Source of the DNA: a virus
Strand: one strand, 5' to 3'
Virus record (IMG/VR): IMGVR_UViG_3300043395_002359
Span: 1-64,000 of that record
Length of the DNA stretch: 64,000 nt
The notes beneath the pieces were generated by a model, which was given only the letters and a program-made list of their open reading frames with translations, made no database searches and had not been told where the DNA came from. Position numbers and translations under genes: made by a program. Positions 6,343 to 17,505 of the stretch are shown piece after piece; positions within the stretch are counted from its first letter, which is position 1; every line of letters begins with the position of its first letter.

Positions 6343-6969
6343 ATGGCTGGCAAGGTGCGGGATATGAGTCGGTTACCATTTGTTGTACAACCGAAGCGTG
6401 AGGCTGAATTAGTTGAGATTGGTAGTGACGAATCTGGTAAGATCAGTATTTTAAGGAAGGGATATTTAACGACTGGCGAGAAAGCATTTATGCAACAAGC
6501 GATTGGTAATGATGAGACGACATTAAAGATTATCAGTATTTCCAGGCATATTGCAGCGGATAATGGCATCCCGTTAGATAGTGCTTATGCTGATACGGTA
6601 GCAATTCTAGGCGGTCGCGGGTCAATTGAGCCAAGGCTTAGGGATATTGAGACGAAATATATGGAAGATTTTACGGATTTGATGACATTATTAACTAATA
6701 TGCAAACAAAGGAGAAGTTAATCAGTGCATTATGCCTGTTAAAGTATCGAGTGAATGATGAAATTGACATCAATGATGTACTAACGTTACATCCGGATAT
6801 CATTGATGGCTTATCGGAGTTATATTCACTGGAAGAGCGTAAATCACTTGAAAATTTAACAAGCAACCAACCAAAGAAAGAAGAAAGTGACGATACGGTT
6901 TCGGAGGAAGCTGAATTAACGGCTGAGGAAGTAGAAAAAAAGCCATCAAGGCGACGCAGCCAGACCTGA
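6343..6969 (+). CDS. Putative tail assembly chaperone (gpG-like)
   Basis: Ends ...VEKK over the slippery GAAAAAAAG. Confidence 0.65.
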   Translation: MAGKVRDMSRLPFVVQPKREAELVEIGSDESGKISILRKGYLTTGEKAFMQQAIGNDETTLKIISISRHIAADNGIPLDSAYADTVAILGGRGSIEPRLRDIETKYMEDFTDLMTLLTNMQTKEKLISALCLLKYRVNDEIDINDVLTLHPDIIDGLSELYSLEERKSLENLTSNQPKKEESDDTVSEEAELTAEEVEKKPSRRRSQT

Positions 6970-7574
6970 TACCATTTGAAGAATATTACTGGGTATTAAA
7001 GAGGTCATTTCCTGGTGACGATGAATTCAGCATATGGAACTATTGGAAGTTACCATATTGTTATGTAATAGAAGCTGTACAACAGAATGCGACATTACGT
7101 CACCAGGAACTACATGAATCAGAGGTACCGATTGCACTGCTTGCCTGTCAGCAGGCTGAAATGAATCGCGACCGCAAGAAAAGTAAGAAGCCATTTGTGC
7201 TTAGTGATTTTTATTGTTACGCAATACAAGATGAAGTCGACAGTATTGATGCAACACCTGGTGCAGCAGCGAAGAAGATCATAGAACTTGGAAGGTTCCC
7301 GAATTGGGCACTATTTGTTTATAAAGATTTAATGAAGAATGCCGATAAGGGTAGGGCGCCGAATGTTTTATGTTATTTAAGTGATAATGTCATTATTATT
7401 GCACCAAGGATTACGGGTACTCATTGTGTCGGCCTAGTAATTGCACTGGAATCTGCATCCAATAGGATAGTACAGCTACAAACATTGGATGGTGATGATG
7501 CTGTTCGAGTACGGATGCCAATATTAACAGGTCAAACGGTTGCTATTGAAAATTGCTATCTAGATATTGCTTAA
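6942..7574 (+). CDS. -1 frameshift extension (gpT-like) of the tail assembly chaperone
   Basis: The -1 frame is open from the slippery site (AIKATQPDLIPFEEYYW...) into ORF 7161-7574. Confidence 0.65.
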   Translation, partial: AIKATQPDLIPFEEYYWVLKRSFPGDDEFSIWNYWKLPYCYVIEAVQQNATLRHQELHESEVPIALLACQQAEMNRDRKKSKKPFVLSDFYCYAIQDEVDSIDATPGAAAKKIIELGRFPNWALFVYKDLMKNADKGRAPNVLCYLSDNVIIIAPRITGTHCVGLVIALESASNRIVQLQTLDGDDAVRVRMPILTGQTVAIENCYLDIA

Positions 7575-7973
7575 GTTTTCATCGATTGATGATGATTCAT
7601 GATCAGCTAGTAATCTTTTTGCGTCTGCTTCACTTAGTACGATATCATTATTAAGCCAATAGTCAATTCTGAATTCTTTCCATTCTTCATAGAATGATTG
7701 AGTGCGAAACCATGGTCTCCATTCGTATGACCCTTTAGAGGCGTTACATTTCTTATCTGCTGGAACAATATTTGTCCTTAGGTCTTCACCTCCTTTGCAT
7801 TTTGCTTTAACATGATCAAGGGTAAGGCTGGAATCATCAATTGGTGGTTTGCCACAATAGGCACAACAGTTATTCCAGCTACTTTTAATGGCTTCACGCC
7901 ATAGTTTTTTAGCTTGTCGATTATTAAGGGCTTCCATGTTATACAAATAGTCACTGATACGTTGATACATCAA
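7560..7973 (-). CDS. HNH endonuclease
   Basis: CAYCG...TLDHVKAKCKGG...NIVPADKKCNASKG. Confidence 0.9.
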   Translation of the reverse strand: MMYQRISDYLYNMEALNNRQAKKLWREAIKSSWNNCCAYCGKPPIDDSSLTLDHVKAKCKGGEDLRTNIVPADKKCNASKGSYEWRPWFRTQSFYEEWKEFRIDYWLNNDIVLSEADAKRLLADHESSSIDENLSNI

Positions 7974-8204
7974 AGCCCAGCTCCTGTGCGATTTAATAAA
8001 AGCACAGAGCGACTTTTGCCCTTTAATAACATGGCTAGGTATTAGCCCGACTTAGTATTAGCGACCGACATCTTACTGGTATATACATCAATATAGCGAT
8101 ACTGATTGGACAGCTTATCCATAGATCTGCTGGCGATGTATACGTCCTTAGGATTCCGATGCCAGCTATTTTAAGGCATCCTAAGGCAGCAATCATCTAG
8201 TATA

Positions 8205-8639
8205 GTGGCACAATCAAGGGTAAGTTCACCGGATGATATATATGATGCATTATATGCTGACACGACGTTTATGTCCTATATTGGTGAGTATAAATTCATT
8301 AATTCTACTGTTACCCAATCGGCTTTTAGTATTGTAACTCCAAACATTCCGATACCGAACCTAGAGGGTGTGACCGGTCTTGAGGTTGTTATACATGATG
8401 TAGCGTCTGTTTCGCGAAAAGATTTCATAACTGATCCCAGTCTTTCGCTGTTAACATATCAGTTATACTTAATATTATGGACTGGTGGCACTGGTACGCA
8501 GCTAACTGATGCTACAAAAAGAATTGTCGAGACGTTTTCCGGTGCCAGGAGTATGTTAACGGTACCAATTAATAAGACACCGAATGTTGCTATACAATCG
8601 ACAGTTGAAATACCGGATAATGCTCTAATTTTGACATAA
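8205..8639 (+). CDS. Putative tail terminator protein
   Basis: 144 aa directly upstream of the tail tube gene; position and size. Confidence 0.5.
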   Translation: MAQSRVSSPDDIYDALYADTTFMSYIGEYKFINSTVTQSAFSIVTPNIPIPNLEGVTGLEVVIHDVASVSRKDFITDPSLSLLTYQLYLILWTGGTGTQLTDATKRIVETFSGARSMLTVPINKTPNVAIQSTVEIPDNALILT

Positions 8640-8766
8640 TTATTGGTGATTTGCTGACATTTGCTAGGAACACTAATAAAATTATTTGGAATCCTAGGGG
8701 TAGGCAGGTAGGCACCTGCTGATAATCCTTGTCGTCTCGTACTAGGAAATCCTACCTAGCTCAATT

Positions 8767-9369
8767 ATGGCAAACATTTCGACCGCTTTCGGCTACGACG
8801 TTTACATCATTCCTCTGGCCTCTAGCGCAGTGGACACTGCCTTCACTGGTGTTACCGGTGGTATCGGTGCTGGTTCTGGCAAGTTCATCGATACGACGAC
8901 TCTGGTTACCCCTGGCGACGCCGTTACTTATACCAATGGTATCTTTACCGTTGAGGCTAGCGCTTTCGCGATGGACGGCGGTGACAATCCGGTGAAGCTG
9001 TATGGCCTGACCAATGCCGCTCTGGAGACTGACACCAACTCGGAAGAAGTGGTGACCTATGACTCCACGACTGGTGGTTTCAACCTGAGCCTGCCTACCT
9101 CCAAGACCTGGAGCATCTCCCTGGCTGGCGTGGCTGACTTCAAGGACGCTGGTTATCACATCATGCGTCTGACTGAGCAGAACACCGTGAAGGACTCCCT
9201 GCGCGTGAAGTTCGGCCGTCTTGGCCCCACCGGCACCGACGAGGTGATCTACGGTTACGGCACTCTGAGCGGCTACACTGAGTCGATCGAAGCTGGTTCT
9301 ATCGTGTCTTGGGAAGCCACGATTGAAGGTTATGGCGCTTATGTCATCAACGTTGACGCTAACACCTGA
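8767..9369 (+). CDS. Major tail (tube) protein
   Basis: Strongly biased codons; SKTWSISLAG, GYTESIEAGSIVSWEATIEGYG; followed by a terminator and the tape measure gene. Confidence 0.85.
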   Translation: MANISTAFGYDVYIIPLASSAVDTAFTGVTGGIGAGSGKFIDTTTLVTPGDAVTYTNGIFTVEASAFAMDGGDNPVKLYGLTNAALETDTNSEEVVTYDSTTGGFNLSLPTSKTWSISLAGVADFKDAGYHIMRLTEQNTVKDSLRVKFGRLGPTGTDEVIYGYGTLSGYTESIEAGSIVSWEATIEGYGAYVINVDANT

Positions 9370-9397
9370 TCACTGTATCAAGTTTAGTTATTATACC

Positions 9398-9426
9398 AAA
9401 CACCCTCAGAAATGGGGGTGTTTTTT
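9398..9426 (+). terminator. Intrinsic terminator after the major tail gene
   Basis: AAACACCCTCAGAAATGGGGGTGTTTTTT. Confidence 0.8.
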
Positions 9427-9472
9427 ATTGCAAATTCGGAATTCTAGACCTAGAAGTGCTAGGAAATGGTAA

Positions 9473-12400
9473 ATGGCCGGTGATCTCAACCTGTTAGTTG
9501 ATCTTAGCACTCAACAGGCGGCCCAACAGGTTGAGAAATTATTTAATGAGTTCAAAAGCGGCTCGAAGGAAGCCGGCGACCAGCTCAACAGGCTGTTAAA
9601 GGGATCTGTTGAAAAGAAAGTCAGAATACGACTAGAGAAAGATACTGCTGGCATCAAGCAAGTAAAAGCCGAGCTTGTCGAAGTGCAATCGGCTGTAGAT
9701 GGTATTACGAAGGCATATAACAGAGCAAATAAAACACAACCTGGCAGCCTGACAAACCTTAGGCAGCAGGTTAATGAAGCAAAACAAGCAAGGGATGCTA
9801 TTGCTTTATTTTCCAGGGAAGTTGATCTATTAAATAGAAAGCAAATATTAAGCGGAAATTTAAGTCCTGCCTTTGCTGCTGCTCAGCAAAATGTAACGGA
9901 TTTAACTGGTAAATTAAAAAACCTGGAGCTGGCAACATCCAGTACGTTTGATCGGTTCAAGGCATCTCTTGGTGTTGACCAATTCCTTGCATTTGGTCGT
10001 GGCGTCCAGGATCTTGTTACTATCTTCCAGAGCCTAGGGATTGCCATCAGTGCATTAACGGCTCCCATCAATCAAGCCGCGACTGCATTAGCACGCCTGC
10101 AGGGTCTTGAGTTAGCATTCAAGGCAATTGGAGCTGGGTCGGGTGGTGCTTCTATTGCCCTGGCTGAGTCCTCCAGGATCGCCCTTGGCCTTGGCGTCAG
10201 CCTGGATACCGTTAGAAATGGTTTCCAGAAGCTGTCGCCTGTTATCCTGAATTCCGGCGGTCAGCTAAGTGATGTTAGCGCCATCCTTGAGGCACTTTCC
10301 AGCCGATTTGCTGCGTTTGGATTAAATGCAGACGAATCACGCAGAGTTTTGAATGGTGTTGTGCAGGCCTTTGCTAAAGGCAAGCTGCAAGCTGAAGAAT
10401 TAACGCAGCAGATATCTGAAGCTGACCCTGCATTCAAGACAGACTTAGCAAGGGCAATTTTTATTGCTAAGGATTCACTGAAGGAATTTGGTATTGAATC
10501 CGATGGTACGGTAGCTAATCTCGAGGGCTTGGTTAAGCAAGGCAAGCTAACTTCCGAAGTTTTAATCAAAGTATTGCCTGGCCTCAGTAAGTCCGGGGTG
10601 CTATTTGGCAAGCTTGGTACCACCGCCCTGGATGCTGTCGCTTCACTAGGCAAGGCTGGCACGACAATAACTCAAGTAAGAACGCAGATTGATAACCTTA
10701 ATCAGTTATCTTTTGAAAGACTTGCAAAAACTTTTGAACCTGTTATCAAATCGTTCCTTGATATACAGGCTGCATTTACTGATTTTATTACAAAAGTATC
10801 AAAGATTGAGGTGATACAATCCCTGGCTGCAGCATTAGCCAGGGTAACGCAGGCCGTTTCGAACTTAACTCAATTTATACTGAATGGCATCGAAGGTTTA
10901 ATCAGGTTTGCTGATGCTGTTGGTAAAGTATTTAACGCTATCGGTAGGATATTAGGCCCAATTGCTGATTTGGTTTCTGGATTAGCCAATGCACCAGGCC
11001 TGATTGAGGCAATCGGTCTTTTACTTCTCGCAAAACTTGTAAAACCGGCGAAAGAGGCCGTATCTTCTGTCCTTAGCCTGACAAAAGTATTAAACGATTT
11101 TGGGCAAACGGGTAGTATAAAGATTAGTCTGACTGATGATATAACAAAAGAATTCAAGGATGCAGCAAATACCATAAAGCAAACATTTAACCCTGACGAC
11201 ATATCAAGGGGAATTGATGATGGAACCAAAAAGCTTAATACAATTGCCTCTGAGCGTTTACAGGATCTAAGGAAAAAGTTCAGGGCAGCAGCTAATGATC
11301 TGGAGACACCGATCTCAATTCCGGAGCCTGCTTCGCCTGCAAAGCTTGGCATCTCTGCCAAGGTATTACGCGAAGTAAAGGATTCGAAGACATCGCTATC
11401 TGAACTGTTCCAGCTAAGAGGCGAACTAGAGAAAGATCTGTCAAATATATTTGATGACAACAAGAGAAGGCAGTTATTCTCGGAAAATGCCTTAAATCAG
11501 ATAGATGCGGCTAATGTAAAACTGAATGAGCTTGGTGGCCGCATTAAAGATTTGGAAAGCGGTCCTGAAGTTGACATAAAGTCGCTTCAAGCTGCCAGGA
11601 AAGAAGCAGCAACGCTACTTGGAAAGATAGCTGAACTAGAAGATGCTGTTGCTACTGGGTTCACCCCGGAAGTCGATACAAGGCAGGTCCGCGCATTAGA
11701 GAAAGGCCTTACCAGCGTAGAAAAGCAGATACTGAATCTGCAGAAATATAGAAATATCAATTTAAAAGCGTTGGTCGATGACACTGATGTTTTAAGAACC
11801 ATCCGCGACACCGACGGCCTCAGGGCTCTGTACGATAAAAAGTTAGAGCTAGAGGCAATTGTTAACACGCAAGTAGACGCAGAGGGAGCATTGCGCGAAC
11901 TCGAGGATGTAAAGAGAACGATTCGCGCTGTTGGGAAGGTCGATATTCCGATTACCGCTAATGCGTCTGGCGCAATAGATGACATTGCCTTAAGCAAAAA
12001 AGAAATTGCAAAAATAACCGATAATTTAATATTAAGCGAGGATCAATATTACCAGTCTCTAACACGGCAGCAAGCTGCCTTAAGACAGAACGTAGAATTT
12101 GAGCGTCAAAGACTAGATGCCGCAAGACAAGGCGGCGATATCCAAGGGATAGATCCTTCGGTAGCGAGAACTGCTTACGAGCAGCAAGGAAAAGCGCTTG
12201 ACTCGGTTAATGCAAAAATTGATCAATACGTTTCCACACTCAGGGAATCGTATGCCGCCGGCAGTGGTGCAGCAGAAATTGCTGATCAATATACTCAAAG
12301 GGTACTCACTCAAGACCAAGCGCTGTCTGCGCTTTCCAGCCAGCAAGAACGGTTCACTACGATACAAACAGCTACAAGCAACGCTGTTAATGCCACCAAG

Positions 12401-15400
12401 GACAAAGTATTAGTACTTGAATCGGCTTTAGCGAAGGCGAAACAGACTGCTGCAAGTACAAGTTTTGGCAGTAAAGCCGCCGAAGAAGCTCGCGCTACTA
12501 TTGCTAGCCTTACGAGTCAACTGTCTACAGCGAGACAGCAGCTTGGCCAGCTTGGCATCGTTTCTCAATCAGTAGCAGATGAATTAAGCGCCCTTGGTTC
12601 AGTGCAAAAGGGTATTTCTGATGCTGAATTCCGATTTGGAGAAAAACTAAAGGCAGGCTTTGCTCCTGTCGGCGGATTACTGAATGGATTCAGCCAATCT
12701 ATCCAGTCAACCATAACCAGTGCTCAGTCTCAGTTTACCAAGCTAGGTGATGGCATCAAGAAGACATTTAGCGGAGGGATATCTGGATCTGTTAACAATC
12801 TAAAGGGACTTATTGGTGATATCGGAAAATCAGCCGCAAATGCTGGCAGCAGCATAAAGAGTGGAATTGGTAATGCGTTAAACAATCTCGGCACTCAGCT
12901 CGCCAATGTTGGTAAGATTGATGTTGGCAAAACGCTCAAGAATAGTTTTGATGCGGCGAAAGCTAGCGTGTCCACTTTTGCTAAAGATGCTCAAAGGAAT
13001 ATTGGCACATTCTCTGCTGATACTATCAAAAATCTTGGCAAGATTGGAACGAATATAACGGGCGCTTTTAGTAACATCAAGGCAGGCGTTAAGGGCATAA
13101 TAACATCGATTGGCCCTGAGTTAGCGATTTTCGCCACGATTGCCACTTTAACTGCTTCCTACAACGAGGCAACCAAAAAGACTAAGGCGATCAGCGAGGA
13201 TACCGCTAGTTCTGTCAAGATCCTGGCAGATCAGTCGACAGGCCTTAAGGAAAGCCTAGCCGGATTAAACCAGCAGGTTGCTGCCAGTAACGTCACAAAA
13301 CTTGGGCAAGAATACAATGGATTGCAAAAAATATTACTTACGCTGGGCAATGCGTTATTGAGCGTACAAAAGGCATTTGAAGGTCTGTTTAACTTCGTTG
13401 ACAGTGCTGCACCAAAAGTTGGCGCTGTTTCTAACGAATTCGACAGGCTTGCTAGGCAGTTGCTGGTAATTGGTGGCTTTGCTGCTGCCGGTGCGGCCAT
13501 AGGTTCTATTGTGCCGGCAATAGGCACGCTTGCAGGCGCCCTCGTAGGGACTGGTGTTGGAGCGTTTGTCGCCATTACCGGCGCAACCGAAGACTGGAAG
13601 GTAGCACTTGGCGAATCCAAGAAAGAGCTTGATGCCTTAGTCCAATCGGCAGCTACCAGAGTGGCTGCGCTAAAAGATCTAACGAAGCAACTGAATGAAG
13701 CAAAGGCCCAGGCTGCTAAGATCGACTCAACCGCCACGGGGCCCGCCCAAGGGCAAGCCAAGGCGTTATTCGATACGCAGGGTATTGCGGCCTACGCAGA
13801 AGCAAATAAGCAACTGGAAACAATAAGAGCAAACATACTTGGAATAACACAAGCCAGGGATGCGGCCAACGCGGTTGTATTAAAAGAGAAAACCTTAATT
13901 GAGCAAATATCAGCCATAGAGAAGAAAAGGATCGGTGTAAGTAACTACAGTACAGAAGGGAAGAAGCTAAATGCGGAGTATACCAGGCTAAATGAAGAAC
14001 TCAAGAAGAGCCAGGCGCAATTCGGCGGCAGCAAAGAAGCTGTCGCTCAGTACAATACTGCCCTCGCTCAATTGAAATTACAAGAGGCAGCAGCAGCGGC
14101 GGAATCTAAAAAGATAGCGGAAACACTCGGTCTCACCGAAGCGGAACTCAAAAAGATTGCGAAGACCAGCTTCACTGGCGTCGAGGAAGAAATTAAGAAC
14201 CTTGAGAAGGCCGTAAAAGCATTAAACTTTGATAAGTCCGCTGAGATCATAGCTACCTCACAGAAGATCGGTACATTGAAAGCCGATCTTGAAGCACTAG
14301 ACCAGATATCAAAGAAAGCCGAATTAGCGGCATATTTCCAGAGAACAACTGAACTCATCGCAAACGGAAGACTGTCGTCCAGTTTGCAAAACGTAAACAA
14401 TCTGGTTGCTAATTTAAACAATCAGATTGCATTACTTGACTTTACAAAAGCAGAAGATTTAACAAGACTTGACGAGCTAGCGACCAAAATGGGTCGACTT
14501 AGCGCAATCATAGAGGTAGTTGAAGCCAGGGTTGAAAACAATAAGCTTGCTGGTTACATTGAGCAGATCAAGCTTGGCTTAGCTAATGACGAAATTCCGA
14601 GAAGCCTGCAAACTATTGACAACTTAGTAAAGGCGCTCGAGCAGCGCACGATGCTCCTGGATATTAACAGTCCCGAGCTGCCGGAAGTTATTGCTGATAT
14701 GCTGCAGGCAAAGCAAGAGCTTGATTACCTGAACGGGAAAAAAGCCTCCATAACCCTAGAGTTAATACAGGAAGGGCTGGCGAATGGCAGTCTTGTTAAT
14801 ACGCTAAGTCTGATAGATCAGCAGATTGAAGCATTAAACCAGAAGAAACTATCGTTACCTGTTAACAGCGAAAGCTATGTTCAGGTCATAGATCAAATTA
14901 AAGAGATAACAAGACAGCGCCAGCTATCCGAGCAGACGACTGATGATTTACTGGAAAGGAAGTTTAATATACAAAAAGAAAGAATCGATGCCTTAGCCTC
15001 TCTGGAAAAGGCCAAGAGTGACGCCAGGATCGCCCTGATCGACCGCGAGATCGATAAGGTTAAGACCTATTACGATGAGCAAATAAAGGCCTTAGAGAAG
15101 CAGAAAGGCCCCGCTGAGACGCAGCTTGAAGCAGTCAAGCTTGCCGAGCTGCAGCAGAAGGCAAGATCAGGAGGAAGGGAGGGGCTTGAGGCGCAAGCTG
15201 AGCTGGAAAGACTGGATCGCGAAAAGAAAATTGCACAATTAAAGGAGGAATCAGAGAAGAAGGTAGCTGAACTTGAAAAGCAGAAAAAAGCAGAGCAAAA
15301 TGCTATCCTCGACAAGGAGATCGCCGTTGCTGAGAAGAGACTAGAGCTCGAAGAAAAGATTACACAACTCAGGCTGAAATCGCTTGGCGCCGAGGAGGCT

Positions 15401-16738
15401 GACATTGATGCCGTCCTTGCTCAAAGGGCTGGCCAATCTGGCAATAAAGCTGGAACTGCGTACGGCCAAGCATTTGCTCAGGCAAGTGAAATGGTCATCA
15501 GGGAGGCCAAGCCCAATGAGCAGGATCCAGCAAGCAAAGTTCAATTTAACTATGACAACAGTCAGGTCTTAGCGGCAAAGGACCAAGTAATCGCGAAAGA
15601 AGGCGAATATCAAGCTAAATTAACTGAGACAAATGCCCTAAGGGATCAATTCAATTCTGCACAACCGAACACTGATCAGTCTATAATAGTTGATCAGCTT
15701 TTGGCAAAAGAAAGGGAGCTGGCCACTCTTCAAGCCGAGCAGTATACAGCGGAAGAGCAATACAATCAGGTCCTTAGGGACACGGCAACGATAACAGGTG
15801 AAATCAATGTATCGAATGAAAACTTGACGGGTACTATCCAGGAAGTAAGTGCAGCAACCCAGGAGACATCGGCTGCGGCGAACGAAACAGCCGCTAGCTT
15901 CTACGATGTAAATGCTGCTGTTGCTGGTACAGCGGAAGGCTTGGGTCAAACTAGTCAAGCTGCCGGTGACCTAACGAATTCCGTTGGCGACACTGCCGAC
16001 TCTACTCAAAAGATAGGCGAAGGCGTAGAGAAAGCAAAAGGTAACTTTGACGATCTAAATAATGCAATCGTTGACACCGATGGCAATATTCAAGGTACTA
16101 ACGCTTCGTTCGAGGCAGCGGCAGCTAAAGTTAACGATGGCCTTGTACCAGCGCTCGAGAAAGTGCCTGCTACTTTAGATACCATACAAAGTAAAATGAA
16201 CGAAATATTCGACAGAGAGTATACCGTTAATGTAACGCTTAATGTTCAAAAACAAGGGGTCTGGACGGGTGGCCCTGTCACCAGGGGAACCGCTTATACG
16301 GTTAACGAACTTGGCCAAGAAGGTTTCATGAACCGCTTTGGCAAGATAAGCCCAATTCAAAAGCCAAGATGGGGCACCTGGAGACCTCCCAGTGATGGCT
16401 TCGTTATTCCTGCCGATATTTATAGCCAGCTCAGAACAGACGGTGTCAAGCCGCCAAAGTCCAGCGTGAGCCATAGCTCGCCGTCGGTATCTGGCGGGCG
16501 CCGTGACAACGGCACAAAAGAGCTAGCAAGAGCGTTTGCCGCCATCGGCCAGGGTCTTGCCAAGAATAACGACAATGGCCTTGATGAGCTGAGCAAAGTT
16601 CAGGCATATCAAGCCAAGGAGATCGGAAAACTAAGCCGCGCAGTGCAGGAGTTGTCTGAAAAAGACTGGAATGTCAAGGTTGGCGTCAGGAATTCTGGCA
16701 ACATGAATAGCCTCAGATTATCCACTTACAGAATATAA
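9473..16738 (+). CDS. Tail tape measure protein (2421 aa)
   Basis: FAKGKLQAEELTQQISE tape-measure motif; Ala/Leu-rich helical; C-terminal GGPV..G.AYTVNELGQEGF. Confidence 0.92.
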   Translation: MAGDLNLLVDLSTQQAAQQVEKLFNEFKSGSKEAGDQLNRLLKGSVEKKVRIRLEKDTAGIKQVKAELVEVQSAVDGITKAYNRANKTQPGSLTNLRQQVNEAKQARDAIALFSREVDLLNRKQILSGNLSPAFAAAQQNVTDLTGKLKNLELATSSTFDRFKASLGVDQFLAFGRGVQDLVTIFQSLGIAISALTAPINQAATALARLQGLELAFKAIGAGSGGASIALAESSRIALGLGVSLDTVRNGFQKLSPVILNSGGQLSDVSAILEALSSRFAAFGLNADESRRVLNGVVQAFAKGKLQAEELTQQISEADPAFKTDLARAIFIAKDSLKEFGIESDGTVANLEGLVKQGKLTSEVLIKVLPGLSKSGVLFGKLGTTALDAVASLGKAGTTITQVRTQIDNLNQLSFERLAKTFEPVIKSFLDIQAAFTDFITKVSKIEVIQSLAAALARVTQAVSNLTQFILNGIEGLIRFADAVGKVFNAIGRILGPIADLVSGLANAPGLIEAIGLLLLAKLVKPAKEAVSSVLSLTKVLNDFGQTGSIKISLTDDITKEFKDAANTIKQTFNPDDISRGIDDGTKKLNTIASERLQDLRKKFRAAANDLETPISIPEPASPAKLGISAKVLREVKDSKTSLSELFQLRGELEKDLSNIFDDNKRRQLFSENALNQIDAANVKLNELGGRIKDLESGPEVDIKSLQAARKEAATLLGKIAELEDAVATGFTPEVDTRQVRALEKGLTSVEKQILNLQKYRNINLKALVDDTDVLRTIRDTDGLRALYDKKLELEAIVNTQVDAEGALRELEDVKRTIRAVGKVDIPITANASGAIDDIALSKKEIAKITDNLILSEDQYYQSLTRQQAALRQNVEFERQRLDAARQGGDIQGIDPSVARTAYEQQGKALDSVNAKIDQYVSTLRESYAAGSGAAEIADQYTQRVLTQDQALSALSSQQERFTTIQTATSNAVNATKDKVLVLESALAKAKQTAASTSFGSKAAEEARATIASLTSQLSTARQQLGQLGIVSQSVADELSALGSVQKGISDAEFRFGEKLKAGFAPVGGLLNGFSQSIQSTITSAQSQFTKLGDGIKKTFSGGISGSVNNLKGLIGDIGKSAANAGSSIKSGIGNALNNLGTQLANVGKIDVGKTLKNSFDAAKASVSTFAKDAQRNIGTFSADTIKNLGKIGTNITGAFSNIKAGVKGIITSIGPELAIFATIATLTASYNEATKKTKAISEDTASSVKILADQSTGLKESLAGLNQQVAASNVTKLGQEYNGLQKILLTLGNALLSVQKAFEGLFNFVDSAAPKVGAVSNEFDRLARQLLVIGGFAAAGAAIGSIVPAIGTLAGALVGTGVGAFVAITGATEDWKVALGESKKELDALVQSAATRVAALKDLTKQLNEAKAQAAKIDSTATGPAQGQAKALFDTQGIAAYAEANKQLETIRANILGITQARDAANAVVLKEKTLIEQISAIEKKRIGVSNYSTEGKKLNAEYTRLNEELKKSQAQFGGSKEAVAQYNTALAQLKLQEAAAAAESKKIAETLGLTEAELKKIAKTSFTGVEEEIKNLEKAVKALNFDKSAEIIATSQKIGTLKADLEALDQISKKAELAAYFQRTTELIANGRLSSSLQNVNNLVANLNNQIALLDFTKAEDLTRLDELATKMGRLSAIIEVVEARVENNKLAGYIEQIKLGLANDEIPRSLQTIDNLVKALEQRTMLLDINSPELPEVIADMLQAKQELDYLNGKKASITLELIQEGLANGSLVNTLSLIDQQIEALNQKKLSLPVNSESYVQVIDQIKEITRQRQLSEQTTDDLLERKFNIQKERIDALASLEKAKSDARIALIDREIDKVKTYYDEQIKALEKQKGPAETQLEAVKLAELQQKARSGGREGLEAQAELERLDREKKIAQLKEESEKKVAELEKQKKAEQNAILDKEIAVAEKRLELEEKITQLRLKSLGAEEADIDAVLAQRAGQSGNKAGTAYGQAFAQASEMVIREAKPNEQDPASKVQFNYDNSQVLAAKDQVIAKEGEYQAKLTETNALRDQFNSAQPNTDQSIIVDQLLAKERELATLQAEQYTAEEQYNQVLRDTATITGEINVSNENLTGTIQEVSAATQETSAAANETAASFYDVNAAVAGTAEGLGQTSQAAGDLTNSVGDTADSTQKIGEGVEKAKGNFDDLNNAIVDTDGNIQGTNASFEAAAAKVNDGLVPALEKVPATLDTIQSKMNEIFDREYTVNVTLNVQKQGVWTGGPVTRGTAYTVNELGQEGFMNRFGKISPIQKPRWGTWRPPSDGFVIPADIYSQLRTDGVKPPKSSVSHSSPSVSGGRRDNGTKELARAFAAIGQGLAKNNDNGLDELSKVQAYQAKEIGKLSRAVQELSEKDWNVKVGVRNSGNMNSLRLSTYRI

Positions 16739-17505
16739 TGGCTGTCACTATTGGCTCGACAACGTTCAGTAACCTTACGGCTCAGCCGTTTGGTTACGAG
16801 GCGTCCGATGCAAAAGCTGGTTTAACAGCCAAACAATGGTCCATATCTGGCCTTCTAACTCCAAACGAATGGCTAGATGTTGTTGACGAATACAATACAT
16901 GGAGAGACTTAAGGATACAGGACGAAGATACATCCATATCTCTTGTTGTAGGTACGACGATAAGCTTTAGTGGCACCGGCCCTGGCGGTGCTACATGGAC
17001 CAATGTCGCCTGCTGGTTCTCTACGCCGCCAGCAGCAGAACAGTCTGGAAAGTATTTATCTGCATCTTTCGTCGTAGTAGATGCAAATGAAGCCCTAGAA
17101 GTAATAATAAAACAAAAAGAGAATGAAGAGGCTGCTGGAGGAACAACTGAGGCACCAGATTTAGGTACTTACAGTCTTGCTGGTGTTGTGCTAACGTTAA
17201 ATAAACCAATAAACTCGTACCAGGAAGGCCCGCAACTGCAATTAACTACGCTCGGCTACCACTATGTTTCGGGTCCTAAGGTTGTTCAAAAGACGAAGGA
17301 TATAGAGGGTTATTTCGATACTTCCACTTACCCAAACGGTGTAACTACAATTAATTCATGGTACGAAGGGCAGGTAGTGTCATCCCCTTCGTCTGGAAGC
17401 TATTATCCAATATCTGTGCCTAGTTTTTCTGCTGAAAAGGTAATCGTCAGCGGAGTATCGGCCACAAGGTATACTGTAAGCATAGTGTTGGCGCTAGTAA
17501 TCTAA
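16738..17505 (+). CDS. Putative distal tail protein
   Basis: Translationally coupled to the tape measure gene; position. Confidence 0.55.
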   Translation: MAVTIGSTTFSNLTAQPFGYEASDAKAGLTAKQWSISGLLTPNEWLDVVDEYNTWRDLRIQDEDTSISLVVGTTISFSGTGPGGATWTNVACWFSTPPAAEQSGKYLSASFVVVDANEALEVIIKQKENEEAAGGTTEAPDLGTYSLAGVVLTLNKPINSYQEGPQLQLTTLGYHYVSGPKVVQKTKDIEGYFDTSTYPNGVTTINSWYEGQVVSSPSSGSYYPISVPSFSAEKVIVSGVSATRYTVSIVLALVI

